Origin: the human T2T-CHM13v2.0 reference genome, Homo sapiens
Direction: 5' to 3' (one strand)
Assembly: GCF_009914755.1 (NCBI RefSeq)
Contig: NC_060937.1
Length of the DNA stretch: 64,000 nt
Both the position numbers and the translations under genes were made by a program. The notes under the pieces were generated by a model that was not told the origin of the DNA, did not search any database, and saw nothing but the letters and a program-made list of their open reading frames with translations. How positions within the stretch are numbered: the first letter of the stretch is position 1; every line of letters begins with the position of its first letter. Positions 30,521 through 42,560 of this stretch are shown here, one piece after another.

Positions 30521-32091
30521 CCTTTACTACCTAGAGCATTATTTTTAAAGGTATTTACATCTGGAAAATTTCTAACTCATATTTGATAAATTTAAAAATA
30601 TTTGTAATCACTATTTAAGATTTTGAAAAAAAGAAACATTCACCTCTCCCCCCCTCCAAAAGTTAGGGCAAAGTAAAGTATGTTGAAAATCGAGATATTT
30701 TAAATTACACTAAGTGATAATGAAACAGGGGTATGTTATACACAATGAATAAATTATTAATATTAACTCTGCATCAGACATAAATGCAGTATTTCTTATG
30801 TTAATTAGTTATTTTAAACTGATCTAATACATTTTTCTTGAGAAAAAGTCAAGAAAATGAAAAGCATTTTAAATATAATTTAAATTAATTTATACTTAAG
30901 GAATTACAAAAGTTCTACATTAATTCAGCTGTCAGTTCAAAAATTTTAAACGTAAAAAATCACAATGCATCATAAATTACTAAATTGTAGTGATGCTGCC
31001 AATGTATTTCAATATTATTAGTGCCCTTAGTGTTGGGGCTGAATAGACCCTTTATTCCAAATTTTATTCTAATACTTTGATGGATCTTATAAGATAGCTT
31101 ACTCCCAAATAATTAGGACTTCTATGAAGTTTTGGAAATAAATATGAATACCTAGGCACAAATCGTTGACTTTGAAGATTGTATGAAGACTAAATGCAGA
31201 TTAATGTTAAATTTGTTTGTTCCAAATAGTCAAACACATTTTATAAACCCAGCAATTGTTTATAAAATAATTTTTAAAAATAATATTTATCAAAATTATT
31301 TTAAATACTAACATTTTTTATCCGTGTAATAATAGTCTATTGTCTTGAGTATGCTTTTCTAAAATTAATTTTAGGCCTTTCTACAGAATCATCAGCTGCA
31401 ACCTGAAAGGTAAAAAGAGAATATAGAAGTTCATTTTAACAGATAACCTTGCTGTTTCTATAATTTTATTAGCTACAGAAAAACAAAAACAATAGTAATT
31501 TAAAAAAGCAAGAATAAAACAATGACCTAATTTAATTTAATAACTCAAGTAATAAACTAAAAATGAAACAAGCATGACTTGAAAGGATGTTTCATAGATT
31601 CCAAGAGCAAGAATATAGTTAGGCTTCAAGAAATGGACTACCAGTAATCTTTTTTTTTTCTTTTCTTCTTCTAATTTTTCTCTTTGCCTTTCTCTGTGTT
31701 CTCTCTTCAGTCATTTATCTTTTACTCTTCCTTCAAGGTAGACCACTTCACAACTCCTGAAGTTATACAGGTGACAGGATAAGATGATAACCTGTGACTT
31801 TTCTATAATTGTATTTTGTCCAAGGCCCAAAGGCTGAAAACCATAGATTGGATTCCATTCACATGAACATTCAAATGGCAGAAAGAAATCTTTCATTGCA
31901 GATGTGTTAAAACTATGAACGCTTTTTTGCCAATGTGATCCATCACCTGCTTCCAGGCTATTTAGAATTCATCAGGAGAAACTATTCACTAGGAAAGAGG
32001 ATTCAATAGGGTAGAAGAGATGGGAGAAGAAAAACTTTTGAAAAAGATTCAAGAAAACTCTTCATAAAAGAACCCAATAATGAAGGCTCAC

Positions 32092-32636
32092 TATGATGAT
32101 TAATATTGAGTGTCAACTTGAATAGACTGAAGGATACAAAGTATTGTTCCTGGGTGTGTCTGTGACAGTGTTGCCAAAGGAGATTAACACTTGAGTGAGT
32201 GGACTGGGAGAGGTAGACCCACCCTCAGTCTGGGCGGGCACCACCTAATCAGCTCTGGCATGGCTAGAATAAAGCAGGCAGTAGAGTCTGGAATGAGGAG
32301 ACTTGCTGAGTCCTTCATCCTTCATCTTTCTCCCATGCCGGATGTATCCTGCCCTTGAACATCAGACTCCAGGTTCTTCAGATTTTGGACTCTTGGACTT
32401 ATACCAGTGATTTCCCAGGGGTTCTGAGGTCTTCAGCCAATGACTGAAGACTGCATTGTCGGCTTCCCTACTTTTGAGGTTTTGGGACTTGGACTGGCTT
32501 CCTTGTTCCTTAGCTTGTGGCTGGCCTATTGTGGAACTTCGCCTTATGATCATGTGAGTGAATTCTCCTAATAAACTCCCTTTCATATACATCTGTGCTA
32601 TTAGTTCTGTCCCTTTGGAGAACCTTGACTAATACA
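32092..32636 (+). mobile_element. MLT2A (HERV-L) solo LTR
   Basis: Starts 'tatgatgattaatattgagtgtcaacttga', ends 'gagaaccttgactaataca'; AATAAA near 32570; perfect 5-bp TSD ctcac (32087-32091, 32637-32641). Confidence 0.9.
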
Positions 32637-32799
32637 CTCACCAAATAATGAGGAGCATCTAAATCCCATAAGGGTCCCACAAGAGAAAGACAATTAGGGG
32701 ATATAGATTCTAGATAACCACCACATTAGTCAGTCAGACCTTTCTTGATCCTCATCTCCTTTCCCCTGTTCTAGCTGAGAAGACTCCCTTATTTCCTTG

Positions 32800-33024
32800 T
32801 GTATATATAAAATCTTATTAGGGATATATATATATAGTGATATATATAATATCTTATAAAATTGTATAAGATATTAATTATATGTAACTTATATAATCAT
32901 ATAATATCTTATGTATATATAAAATGTGAGATTATATATAATTATAGAACATATAAATTCTATATTTAGGATATAATTATAGAATATATAAATTCTATAA
33001 TTATACATAAATATTATATAATTA
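32800..33024. repeat. AT-rich low-complexity (TA-rich) tract
   Basis: Nearly all A/T, with tata/ttata motifs. Confidence 0.8.
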
Positions 33025-33350
33025 TGTTGCAAGAATTTTCCTACTTCGGCCAAAGGTGGGGTTCTTAGCTGTCCCACAATCATGAAAATTTAGCCTTGCA
33101 GATGGTTTAAAGGATGAGTAAAGCAGGGTTTTATTGGGTGAAAAGGGAATAAAAAGGAAAAAAGGGATCCTATGTAAGGCCAGAGTCCCTGCTAGAGTGC
33201 CTCCCATCTGCTGTTTGAATCTCAGCTTCCACACAAGAAGAGGAGGGGCCAAGCTCCTCCCACTGCAAAGGGCGCAAACATCCCAAGGCTCCACTCAGTG
33301 GACAGGCTGGTTGGAGTTTCTCCAGGGCCCCCTCCCACCTGGCTGTCTCA
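33025..33350 (-). mobile_element. MER61-family ERV1 solo LTR
   Basis: The minus strand starts 'tgagacagccaggtgggagggggccctggagaaactccaaccagcctgtccactgagtggagcc' and ends 'gcaaca'; flanks atta/aata are a probable 4-bp TSD. Confidence 0.8.
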
Positions 33351-34830
33351 AATATAAATAATTATATATAATTTGATATATAATTATATTATGCCTATAA
33401 TAAATATTATAAATAATATATAAATAATATAATATATGATATAATATATAAATAATATAATATATAATATAATATATAAATAATATATAATATAATATAA
33501 TATATAAATAATATAATATATAATATAATATAATACATAAATAATATAATATATAACATAATATATAAATAATATAATATAATATATAATATAATATATA
33601 AATAATATAATATATAATATAATATATAACATAATATAATATATAATATGCTATATATTAAAATATATAATATGTTATATATTATATTATAATTATGTTA
33701 TATAATATGCTATATATTATAATATATAATATGCTATATATTATAATATATAATATATATTATATATAATGTATAATATAATATATTATATATTATATAT
33801 AATGTATAATATAATATATAATATATATTATATATAATGTATAATATAATATATAATATATATTATATATAATGTATAATATAATATACAATATATAATG
33901 TATAATATAATATACAATATATAATGTATAATATAATATACAATATATAATGTATAATATAATATATTATATATAATGTATAATATAATATATTTTATAT
34001 ATAATGTATAATATAATAAATTATATATAATGTATAATATAATAAATTATATATAATGTATAATATAATATATTATATATAATGTATAATATAATATATT
34101 ATATATAATGTATAATATAATATATATAATGTATAATATAATATATTATATATAATGTATAATATAATATATTATATATAATGTATAATATAATATATTA
34201 TATATAATGTATAATATAATATATTATATATAATGTATAATATAATATATTATATATAATGTATAATATAATATATTATATATAATGTATAATATAATAT
34301 ATTATATATAATGTATAATATAATATATTATATATAATGTATAATATAATATATTATATATAATGTATAATATATTATATATAATGTATAATATATTATA
34401 TATAATGTATAATATATTATATATAATGTATAATATAATATATTATATATAATGTATAATATAATATATTATATATAATGTATAATATAATATATTATAT
34501 ATAATGTATAATATAATATATTATATATAATGTATAATATAATATATTATATATAATGTATAATATAATAAATTATATATAATGTATAATATAATATATT
34601 ATATATAATGTATAATATAATAAATTATATATAATGTATAATATAATATATTATATATAATGTATAATATAATATATTATATATAATGTATAATATAATA
34701 TATTATATATAATGTATAATATAATATATTATATATAATGTATAATATATTATATATAATGTATAATATAATATATTATATATAATGTATAATATAATAT
34801 ATTATATATAATGTATAATATAATATAATT
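33351..34830. repeat. AT-rich minisatellite/VNTR; main unit 26 bp (aatgtataatataatatattatatat), about 40 copies from ~33765
   Basis: Period read directly (aatg at 34081 and 34107); shorter and longer variant units; the 5' part is (TATAA)n-like. Confidence 0.95.
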
Positions 34831-35107
34831 ATAGGCTATATATATCTAAAATCTGTCAGTTGGAGAAGGAGGAGGTGGAGAAAGAGAAGAAATTCACTGT
34901 TAGTTTCTGGCCTATGGTGGGATCAATCCGGATGAGGGAAGGATGTTTAGGTTAGATAATATTTAGATTTTGACATTACATTAGCTTGAAAAACACTTCC
35001 ACTAAAAATAAAAGTCACTCACTATTTTTGTAAATCTAATTGAGAGTGATTAGATAAGCTATAAATTATATATAATATAAAATTATATCCTAGGGCAAAT
35101 TTAAACA

Positions 35108-35413
35108 CAGTTAACCCTCTGTATCAATGGACTCTGCATGAATGGACAACCAATTACAGTTCAAAAATATTCAGAAAAACAGTTTATGAAGTTCCAAAAA
35201 ATAAAACTTGAGTTTTTACATTGCATCAATGAAATAAAATGTACAGGTGAAGTGTATAGGCACTATACTTAATACTATAAATAATCTAGAGATGACTTAA
35301 AGTATATAGGTGGATTTTCATGTTAATTGCAAATACTACACCATTTTATATCAGGGACTTTGGCACCCACAGAGGTTGGTATCAACCCTCAATGGAAACG
35401 TAGGAACGACTGT
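35108..35413 (-). mobile_element. MER2B-like Tigger MITE
   Basis: 'cagttaaccctctgtatc...ataatctagagatgacttaaagtata...gcaaatactacaccattttatatcagggactt'. Confidence 0.7.
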
Positions 35414-35989
35414 GTAACAATATCAGGTGAGAAGGTGAGAAGTTTGAGTCTCTGTCTGCAGTCAGATGGATTCAGTTTGTTCAAAAAGCTAGTTATGCAT
35501 TTGAGAACTCTAACCACATTCCATTTTTCATTTGCTGCGTTATAATTTGAAATTCTTGGAATTTGATTGTTTTATCTTGCCTTAAGTATTTTCATCAGTA
35601 GTATTGTGTGTGATAAAGAAAATATGGCTGCTGGGACTCCCAGACTTTATTCAGGTACCAAAAAACAGATACTATCTCAAATATGGTAAGTACATTCCTT
35701 TAAGTTATCATTTTACCTTATTTTGCCATATTTACAACTAAAAAGCTCATAAACAACATAGTCCTGCTGGTACTTAAAATTAGAAAATAAATAAGCATGT
35801 TCCATTTCCCATTATCTTTTCTTACATTTTTGTATTGCTGTTTCCTGATTCTAAATAAAAATAGGCTATCATATTGGCAGGAGATGATTAGGACATTGTT
35901 ATCTAAAATAAATTTGAAAAAGCTATGTTTAATAAAAAAAGGAAAACAATCAAAATGTTTATATGACAAAATATCTGCTTACTGTCTTG

Positions 35990-36170
35990 TACTTTGCTAA
36001 ACGCTCCACTTGTATTACCTCTTTTAACTCTGACAACTGTCTATGTTAGGTTATGTGTGTTTTGTGTTTTCATACTTATTATACACATGATAAAATAAGA
36101 CTCAAAGTGATTAAATAACTTGTCCAGAGTTACATAGTTAGTTCAGTCTTTTTTATCACTTGATACTGCC
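35990..36170 (-). mobile_element. MIR
   Basis: 'gataaaataagactcaaagtgattaaataacttgtccagagttacatagttagt'. Confidence 0.6.
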
Positions 36171-37501
36171 TTCTAAGGGCTTTGCAATGCAGGCTTTTCT
36201 TTTATAATTTACCAAACATAACTTGGTAGGTGCAGACATGCCAAGCAATTTTAGCACTCAGGGAACCCTCATTTATCTAGTGTACTACAAGCAGGGTTGT
36301 TCTCCTCTCATCTTACTGCTCCGATAAATCACTGCCCAAGGATCCTTGGCAGTTTTTTTCTGAAAAGAAAAGGTTTCACATTCTGGCTAAAGTGTTTAAT
36401 AGAAATGAAGCACCACATATAACTATGAAGGGCTACATCAACACTTCTAAACCCAAACCTTCTTCTCCTCAGTGCATACATAGGTTCTCGTCTGCTAAAT
36501 AGGGAGCTACACTTGGACTTTTGGCAGCCCTTACAGGCACCCATCACTAAAATAGAAATCTGACTGTAAACTGCCTGATTGTTCCTTTTCCTTATGACTC
36601 TTACCTAATCAAAGAAATTCTTTGACTTCACATCTAAAGTACTATTCAATACCAGCAAGGCAAATTAGAAAGAAAAAAAAAAGTAAATTTACATTTCAAG
36701 TGAAAATTTACATGTGTTTTTGTTTCAATCACCTGAAATTTCTTAGGCAAAACTGAGCTCAATTGTCTAAATTCTCTCAGCAATGTAATGCTCAGGCTAT
36801 CTTTTATGATAGTTCTGACTGTAGAATTTACTTTTCGTGATTCACACAGCATCCTTCAATATATTACTCCAGTGACTTTAAAGTATCTCAAGAGGATCAT
36901 GACACATAAATTTGATATTTCATACTGTTTAGAAAATTAGTTTTGCCTGAAAATGTTTAAACTTAATTTCTATGAAAGGGACATTTGTTTCTAGAAAGCC
37001 CCCTCAAAGTTTAGCATTTTTCACTTGTGATTCAATAAATATAAATTTATTGCCATAAAAATCAAGAATTTTCTTCGAGAATTATATTGCTATCACCTAC
37101 TTAAAAGAAGACAAAATTATCAATTTTGTCAATTGTATCCATCAACACTCCCTATCTAGTTGATACCTCAGTTGCGAAAATTTCCTGTTTATTATTCAAT
37201 TGTTCAGTAAATACTTCTTAACTCCCAAATGTGTGGTACAGAAGACAATATTAAAGGCTTTGTCTTTGTGAAATGGAAAATACATAGCTCCGGGCCCCAC
37301 ATATTCTCTCTTTTTTAGTGAAATAGTCCACTAAATTTTTATCATTTACAGAAAATCCTTTAATCATTCCTGTCCTTCCTGCATCTTCCCTTTGTTTCAT
37401 CAGCACATCAAATTGATTTATAAATTGCGCTTATTATATCTCAGGAATTTTCTTGAGTCTAGCCTATTTGATCTGTTCTTATTCAACTGTATGTATACAG
37501 T

Positions 37502-37505
<4 letters not shown>

Positions 37506-37538
<33 letters not shown>

Positions 37539-37620
37539 TGAGAAACAACTGCATATGTATATGTGTTATGTATATATGTATATATATGTGTGTGTGTGTA
37601 TGTGTGTATATATATATACA
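37506..37620. repeat. (TA)16 plus mixed TA/TG microsatellite
   Basis: Pure (TA)16 at 37506-37537, followed by a TATG/TG/TA tract. Confidence 0.92.
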
Positions 37621-37642
37621 GTTGAAAACACATATACATATA

Positions 37643-37875
37643 CAGTTTCTCAGTATTGGTGGGGGATTTGTTCCAGTAATCTCTGCATATACCCAAATCC
37701 GCATAAAGTCCTGCAGTCAGCCTGTGGAACCCACTTATATGAAAAATTGGCCCTCCATATACATTGGTTTTGTATTCTTTGAATACTGAATTTTTCCCTC
37801 CGCAGTTGGTTGAAAAAAATGAAGATATATGTAGACTAAGGCAGTCCAAACCCATGTTGTTCAAGGTTCAGCAAT
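37643..37875 (+). mobile_element. MER8 (Tigger-family MITE)
   Basis: 'gggggatttgttccag...aagtcctgcagtcagcctgtggaaccc...ggccctccatatac...aaacccatgttgttcaagg'. Confidence 0.75.
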
Positions 37876-37927
37876 ATTTCTTTCTTACAACAAAATCTTT
37901 TTAAAGTTGATATCTCCATCTCACCTC

Positions 37928-38224
37928 TTTTTTTTTTTTTTGAGGCGGAGTCTCACTCTATCACCCAGGCTGAAGTGCAGTGGCATGATCTTGGCTCATT
38001 GCAACCTCTGCCCCCTGGGGTTCAAGCAATTCTCCCACCTCAGCCTCCCAAGTAGCTCAAATTACAGGCATACACCAATATGCCTGGCTAATTTTTGTAT
38101 TTTTAGTAGAGACGGGGCTTCACCATGTTGGCCAGGCTGGTCTTGGACTCCTGAACTCAAGTGATCTGCCTGCCTTGGCATCCCAAAATGCTGGGATTAC
38201 AGGTGTGAGCCACCGCGCCCATCC
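37928..38224 (-). mobile_element. AluS (Sx/Sz-like)
   Basis: Dimeric Alu; TSD catct[c/a]acctctt. Confidence 0.93.
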
Positions 38225-38894
38225 CATCTAACCTCTTAAATTTAATATACATTCCACCAACCACTAATCTTGCTGAAAAAGTTTTAATCACACATTCTAC
38301 TTGGTGAGAGGCAAGGGACAGGTGGATGTGGGAGGAGGGGGGAAACAGATGACTTGAGAGGTGAGGGTGGGGCTTCCCATTTCAAATGATAAAAAAAAGT
38401 CCATCTCTCTCTGTTTAAGGTCATTTACAACCACATTCACTCTTTTCTGTTTTCTACACTTGAGACAGAATGGAGATACCTTCTGAAACTATAATATCAG
38501 GATATCTTCTCACTGTCTCACTCCTATATACTATCTCTTCCAACCCCTCCTTTTCTTTTCTTTTTTTTCCTATAAATCTAATTCTTTCTCTTCTGTTCAA
38601 CATTTTTCATTACTCCAAGCCCCCTTCCTTTCTTTGTGAGACATTCTTAAGAGTAGATTCTAGTCTCCTGTCTACTCACTTCTGCACTGACAACATTTGG
38701 TCTATTTTGGAAGTGAAATTACTTATAGTACCTTTTGGCCTTCAGTTCTTGCCTTATTACGGGTTAGTCCATAAGAGCTAGAAATTGAATGAAATGATGC
38801 AGGCACAAGACCTTTCCTTTAATTTTGGAAGGTCTAAAACACATTCATCTCCGTACTTCTTTTTTTATTAATTCTTTTTTAAAAATGTAGTAGA

Positions 38895-39193
38895 GGCTGG
38901 GCATGGTGGCCCACACCTGTAATCCCAGCCCTTTGGGAGGCTGTGGCAGGCGGATCACTTGAGGTCAGGAGACCAGTCTGGCTAACATGGCAAAACCCCA
39001 TCTCTACTAAAAATACAAAACTTAGCCAGGTGTGATGGAGGGCGCCTGTAATCCCAACTACTCGGTAGGCTGAAGCAGGAGAATCAATCGAACCTGGTAG
39101 GCGGAAGTTGCAGTGAGCCAAGATTGGCCACTGTACTCTAGCATGGGCGACAGGGTGAGAATCTGTCACAAAAAAAAAAAAAAAAAAAAAAAA
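38895..39193 (+). mobile_element. AluS (Sx-like)
   Basis: Dimeric Alu with a poly-A tail; degenerate TSD aaaatgtagtaga/aaaaggtagttga. Confidence 0.93.
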
Positions 39194-41492
39194 GGTAGTT
39201 GAAATTACATACAAATTACTTCAAGATAAATGGTGGTAGCATACAACTTGCACTAAAATATATAAATGCTTGATTGCTCACTGGTTGACTCTTGTTTTCA
39301 AATTTTGAAAACAGAAACACTGCCTTTTCTATCAAGGTACACAAAAACTAACAAGATGCTTTAGTTGAATCATAATTTTTTTAAGGCTTCAAATTTATCC
39401 AGCAGCTCACTATTTTCTTCATGGAATATTTGTATGCATTTTTTTTTTCATTATCAGTGGTGTAACATATCAAGCTTAAGCTCTGTAGTACCATTTTGTA
39501 TACCTTTTAAGAATATTCGTGGTGAAACACTTATTTGTACTTTTTTTACAAGGCCCAATAAAAAAGATAAACCATTAATGGAAAAATTAGAACTATTAAC
39601 CTGTAATAGTCATTCCATCACTGGCACTATAATTGAATTAAAATATGCATCAATGCATCACAGACTCTTCCATTTACTCAACTAGCTTTTTTTTCATGTA
39701 ACGGAAAGATTAGATATTCTCAGGCATTAATGTCGAAATCACTCCTTCGGATAATGAATCTTACAACTAAAAACAGTTAATGTAATACTAAAGCTATGAA
39801 ATAGAAAGAAGTATATATTTTTTGAAAAAATTTGCTAACTCATAAAATGGAAAATATGATCCCAAGAATTTAGAGCTTTCATTTTAGGAGAACTTTATGG
39901 AGAAAATGGTGTTAGGACCCCAGCTGTGGTTTTTAAAAAGACATTTATTTCAATTTAAATTCAATCTATTTTTACTTTAATGACAGTGCCGGTGGCTATT
40001 TTATGAACAGTTGCTTAGATTCAAATTACAATGTAACTTTCTAATTAAAAAGTTTAATTTCTTTTTAACTATAATAAAAAATAATTACATTCTGTGAGTG
40101 GTTCAAAAAAATTCTGAGTTGTTTCCCATACAGTCACTGTTTGTTAAATTCTCATTTTGAGAAAAGCTTTGATTAAAATGACTCCAAGGGTGTATATGTA
40201 GATTTCTTTATTGAATAAAAATTCTCATTTTTTGTATGCTCAAAGTATATTATTTTTGAAATTTTACATTATTTTACAAAATAAAACAGCTTGAAGGGGG
40301 ATATATGTTCATTTATTTACATGCTTTTGGTGATACCATGAGCTGTTATTTCTAGAACATTTTTCAGTATTTTTGAAATTTCCTTGAAGTTGTATTATTG
40401 ATGGAGCTCAATAAATTTCTAGTAGAAAACTGGCTCTTCTGGAAGGATAACATTTAGTCCTATTAATCGAATATTATCTATCATACTTACAATGACAAAA
40501 AATAACATCAATCTGGACTAATATATACAAGCCTCCTACTTCCTAAAGTGTGTATTTTTTTCCTTTGGATTTCAGATCTCAATCTAATAGTATATTTTGT
40601 ACTTTTAATGAGAATACCTTTAGCATTGCCATTTATTAATAAGCATACTCTCATATTTAGCCGTTAAACTGTATTTTAATTGTATATAGATATGATTTTT
40701 CCATTTTTACATGGCAATTATAGTCAATTATGACCCTGATTATTAAATGTGTTGGGGCAGACCAAATGGGTACATAATAAAGAACTGGGGCTGATCGAAT
40801 TGTGTGAGGTATTCCCTTTATGAGGGCTAGAACTGAGTATAGATAATGGGGAAGTGAAATCCAGAGATTTCACATTATATTTACAAAAACAGGCAACTGC
40901 TAGTCTTCACGTGAAATAAGAATATGCAAGATCCAAACCGAAGTAAAAAGGGTATCTGAGACTGCTACACTGTAGCACAGTAACAGTGAGCTAGAAATTG
41001 ATGACATTAGATTTAATCAGACAGGCAGTTTTTTCTACTATGAATTCATTAGCAATTAGTAGCATACCAAGCAGTCTTAACCTGAAATTGGCTGCACAAC
41101 AAAACCCAATGTCCTTCAAGTGAGAAGGGAATTGAGGATACCTCTGAAGCAAGGATTCAAGTATTAAAAACAGAGAAAAGGACACAAAGTCATGATAAGC
41201 CAGTAACATTTATGGTATTAAGATAAGCTCCATCATAGTGATACCTTACTCTATGGATTTGCACACATACAGTGAGTGGGTCGTAATTCAGTTGTAATTA
41301 CTTCCCAAAGGCAGTAGTGAGAACTATTCAGCTGTGAGATTCAAAGGATGAATCTGATACAATTCTCCATGCTTTTTACCGAATATAATACTGGACCATT
41401 ACACCCAGTTCTTACTGGGATTTTTCATTCTCACTGGCCATATTCTTTTTTCCTAAGTACTATTTAGTTACACACTTTCACAGTAATCCTTG

Positions 41493-41867
41493 TTTTTTAT
41501 TTTTTTATTTTAAGTTCCAGGGTACATGTGCAGGATGCGCAAGTTTGTTACATAAGTAAACGTGTGCCATGGTGGTTTACTGTGCCTATCAACCCATTAC
41601 CTAGGTATTAAGTCCCGCATGCATTAGCTATTTTTCCTGATGCTCCCCCTCCTCATGCCTGCCACCCCCACAGACCCCAATGTGTGTTGTTCCCCTCTCT
41701 GTGTCCACGTGTTCTCATCATTGTTCAGCTCCCACTTATAAATGAGAACATGTGGTGTTGGTTTTCTGTTCCTGCGTTAGTATGCTGAGGATAATGGCTT
41801 CCAGCTCCATCCATGTCACTGCAAAGGACATAACCTTGTTCCTTTTTATGGCTGCATAGTATTCCGT
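41493..41867 (-). mobile_element. 5'-truncated L1PA 3' end (L1PA8-L1PA10-like)
   Basis: Reverse-strand L1 3'UTR 'gggtacatgtgcagga...catgcattagctatt...gctgcatagtattcc'; TSD gtaa[t/g]ccttgtt at 41483-41494 and 41868-41879. Confidence 0.92.
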
Positions 41868-42039
41868 GTAAGCCTTGTTATTATATTTCCTTTTGATTTT
41901 GAATAAAAATATTAATATAATAATGTATCTGTACATTAAATTAATCTAGTTGTACATGTATAAAACATACCAACTAATCAAATGCAAGTATAAATATAGA
42001 TGTAAATATTTAAAATTAAACGTAAATATAAATATTTTT

Positions 42040-42560
42040 GTTGTACTTAGACCATGTTGCCATACTGTTAGTCATTTTGCTTCTTCCTCTGAAAAGTTCC
42101 AAATTAAATGTATCTATTTACCTGGAATGAAGTTAACACATTCATTTAGGATTTACAGATTATTTCACATAATTGATGTGCCACAATTTGTTAAAATTTT
42201 CCCCTCTGATTGGTATTTACTCTTTAAATGTTTTCATAATACAAATAGCATTTCACTAAACATCCTTTATCATGTATTTACCTTTATGTATTCATGCATT
42301 TATTTCTATGGTTGAGAATCCCAAGAAGACTGTTAGGTCAAAAGTGTGTTGTTGTTTTCTTTTTAAGAAATACATATGTTCAATATTATCAAAAAAGTCT
42401 AATGTGGCAAGTGAAACGACATCTCTACATTAATGTAATTTGCACTTTGCAAAACAATAGGAGAGTTGTTTCTTTTATTTGTTAATATCCATTAGAATTT
42501 GTACTCTTTAGAAGTAGCTTTTTAAATTCTTTGTCCATTTTTGATTTCAAGTTGCAAATT
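42040..42560 (-). mobile_element. Old L1ME-like fragment
   Basis: 'atgtgccacaattt...ttttcataatacaaatagcatttcactaaacatcctt...ttctttgtccattt'. Confidence 0.5.

Noticed and set aside
31260-31305. A/T-only inverted repeats (also at ~30126 and ~53544)
   Set aside because: Expected by chance at this base composition
31440-31990. Possible old MLT1 LTR (also ~20150-20440 and ~25300-25460)
   Set aside because: Resemblance too weak to set family or boundaries by eye
33384-33632. Ile/Tyr-rich ORF; the array considered as CRISPR-like
   Set aside because: Translation of an AT simple repeat; units are contiguous with no unique spacers, and the context is eukaryotic
37418-37864. Longest ORF in the window (148 aa)
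   Set aside because: Spans MER8 and a TA/TG microsatellite, and stays open because of low complexity
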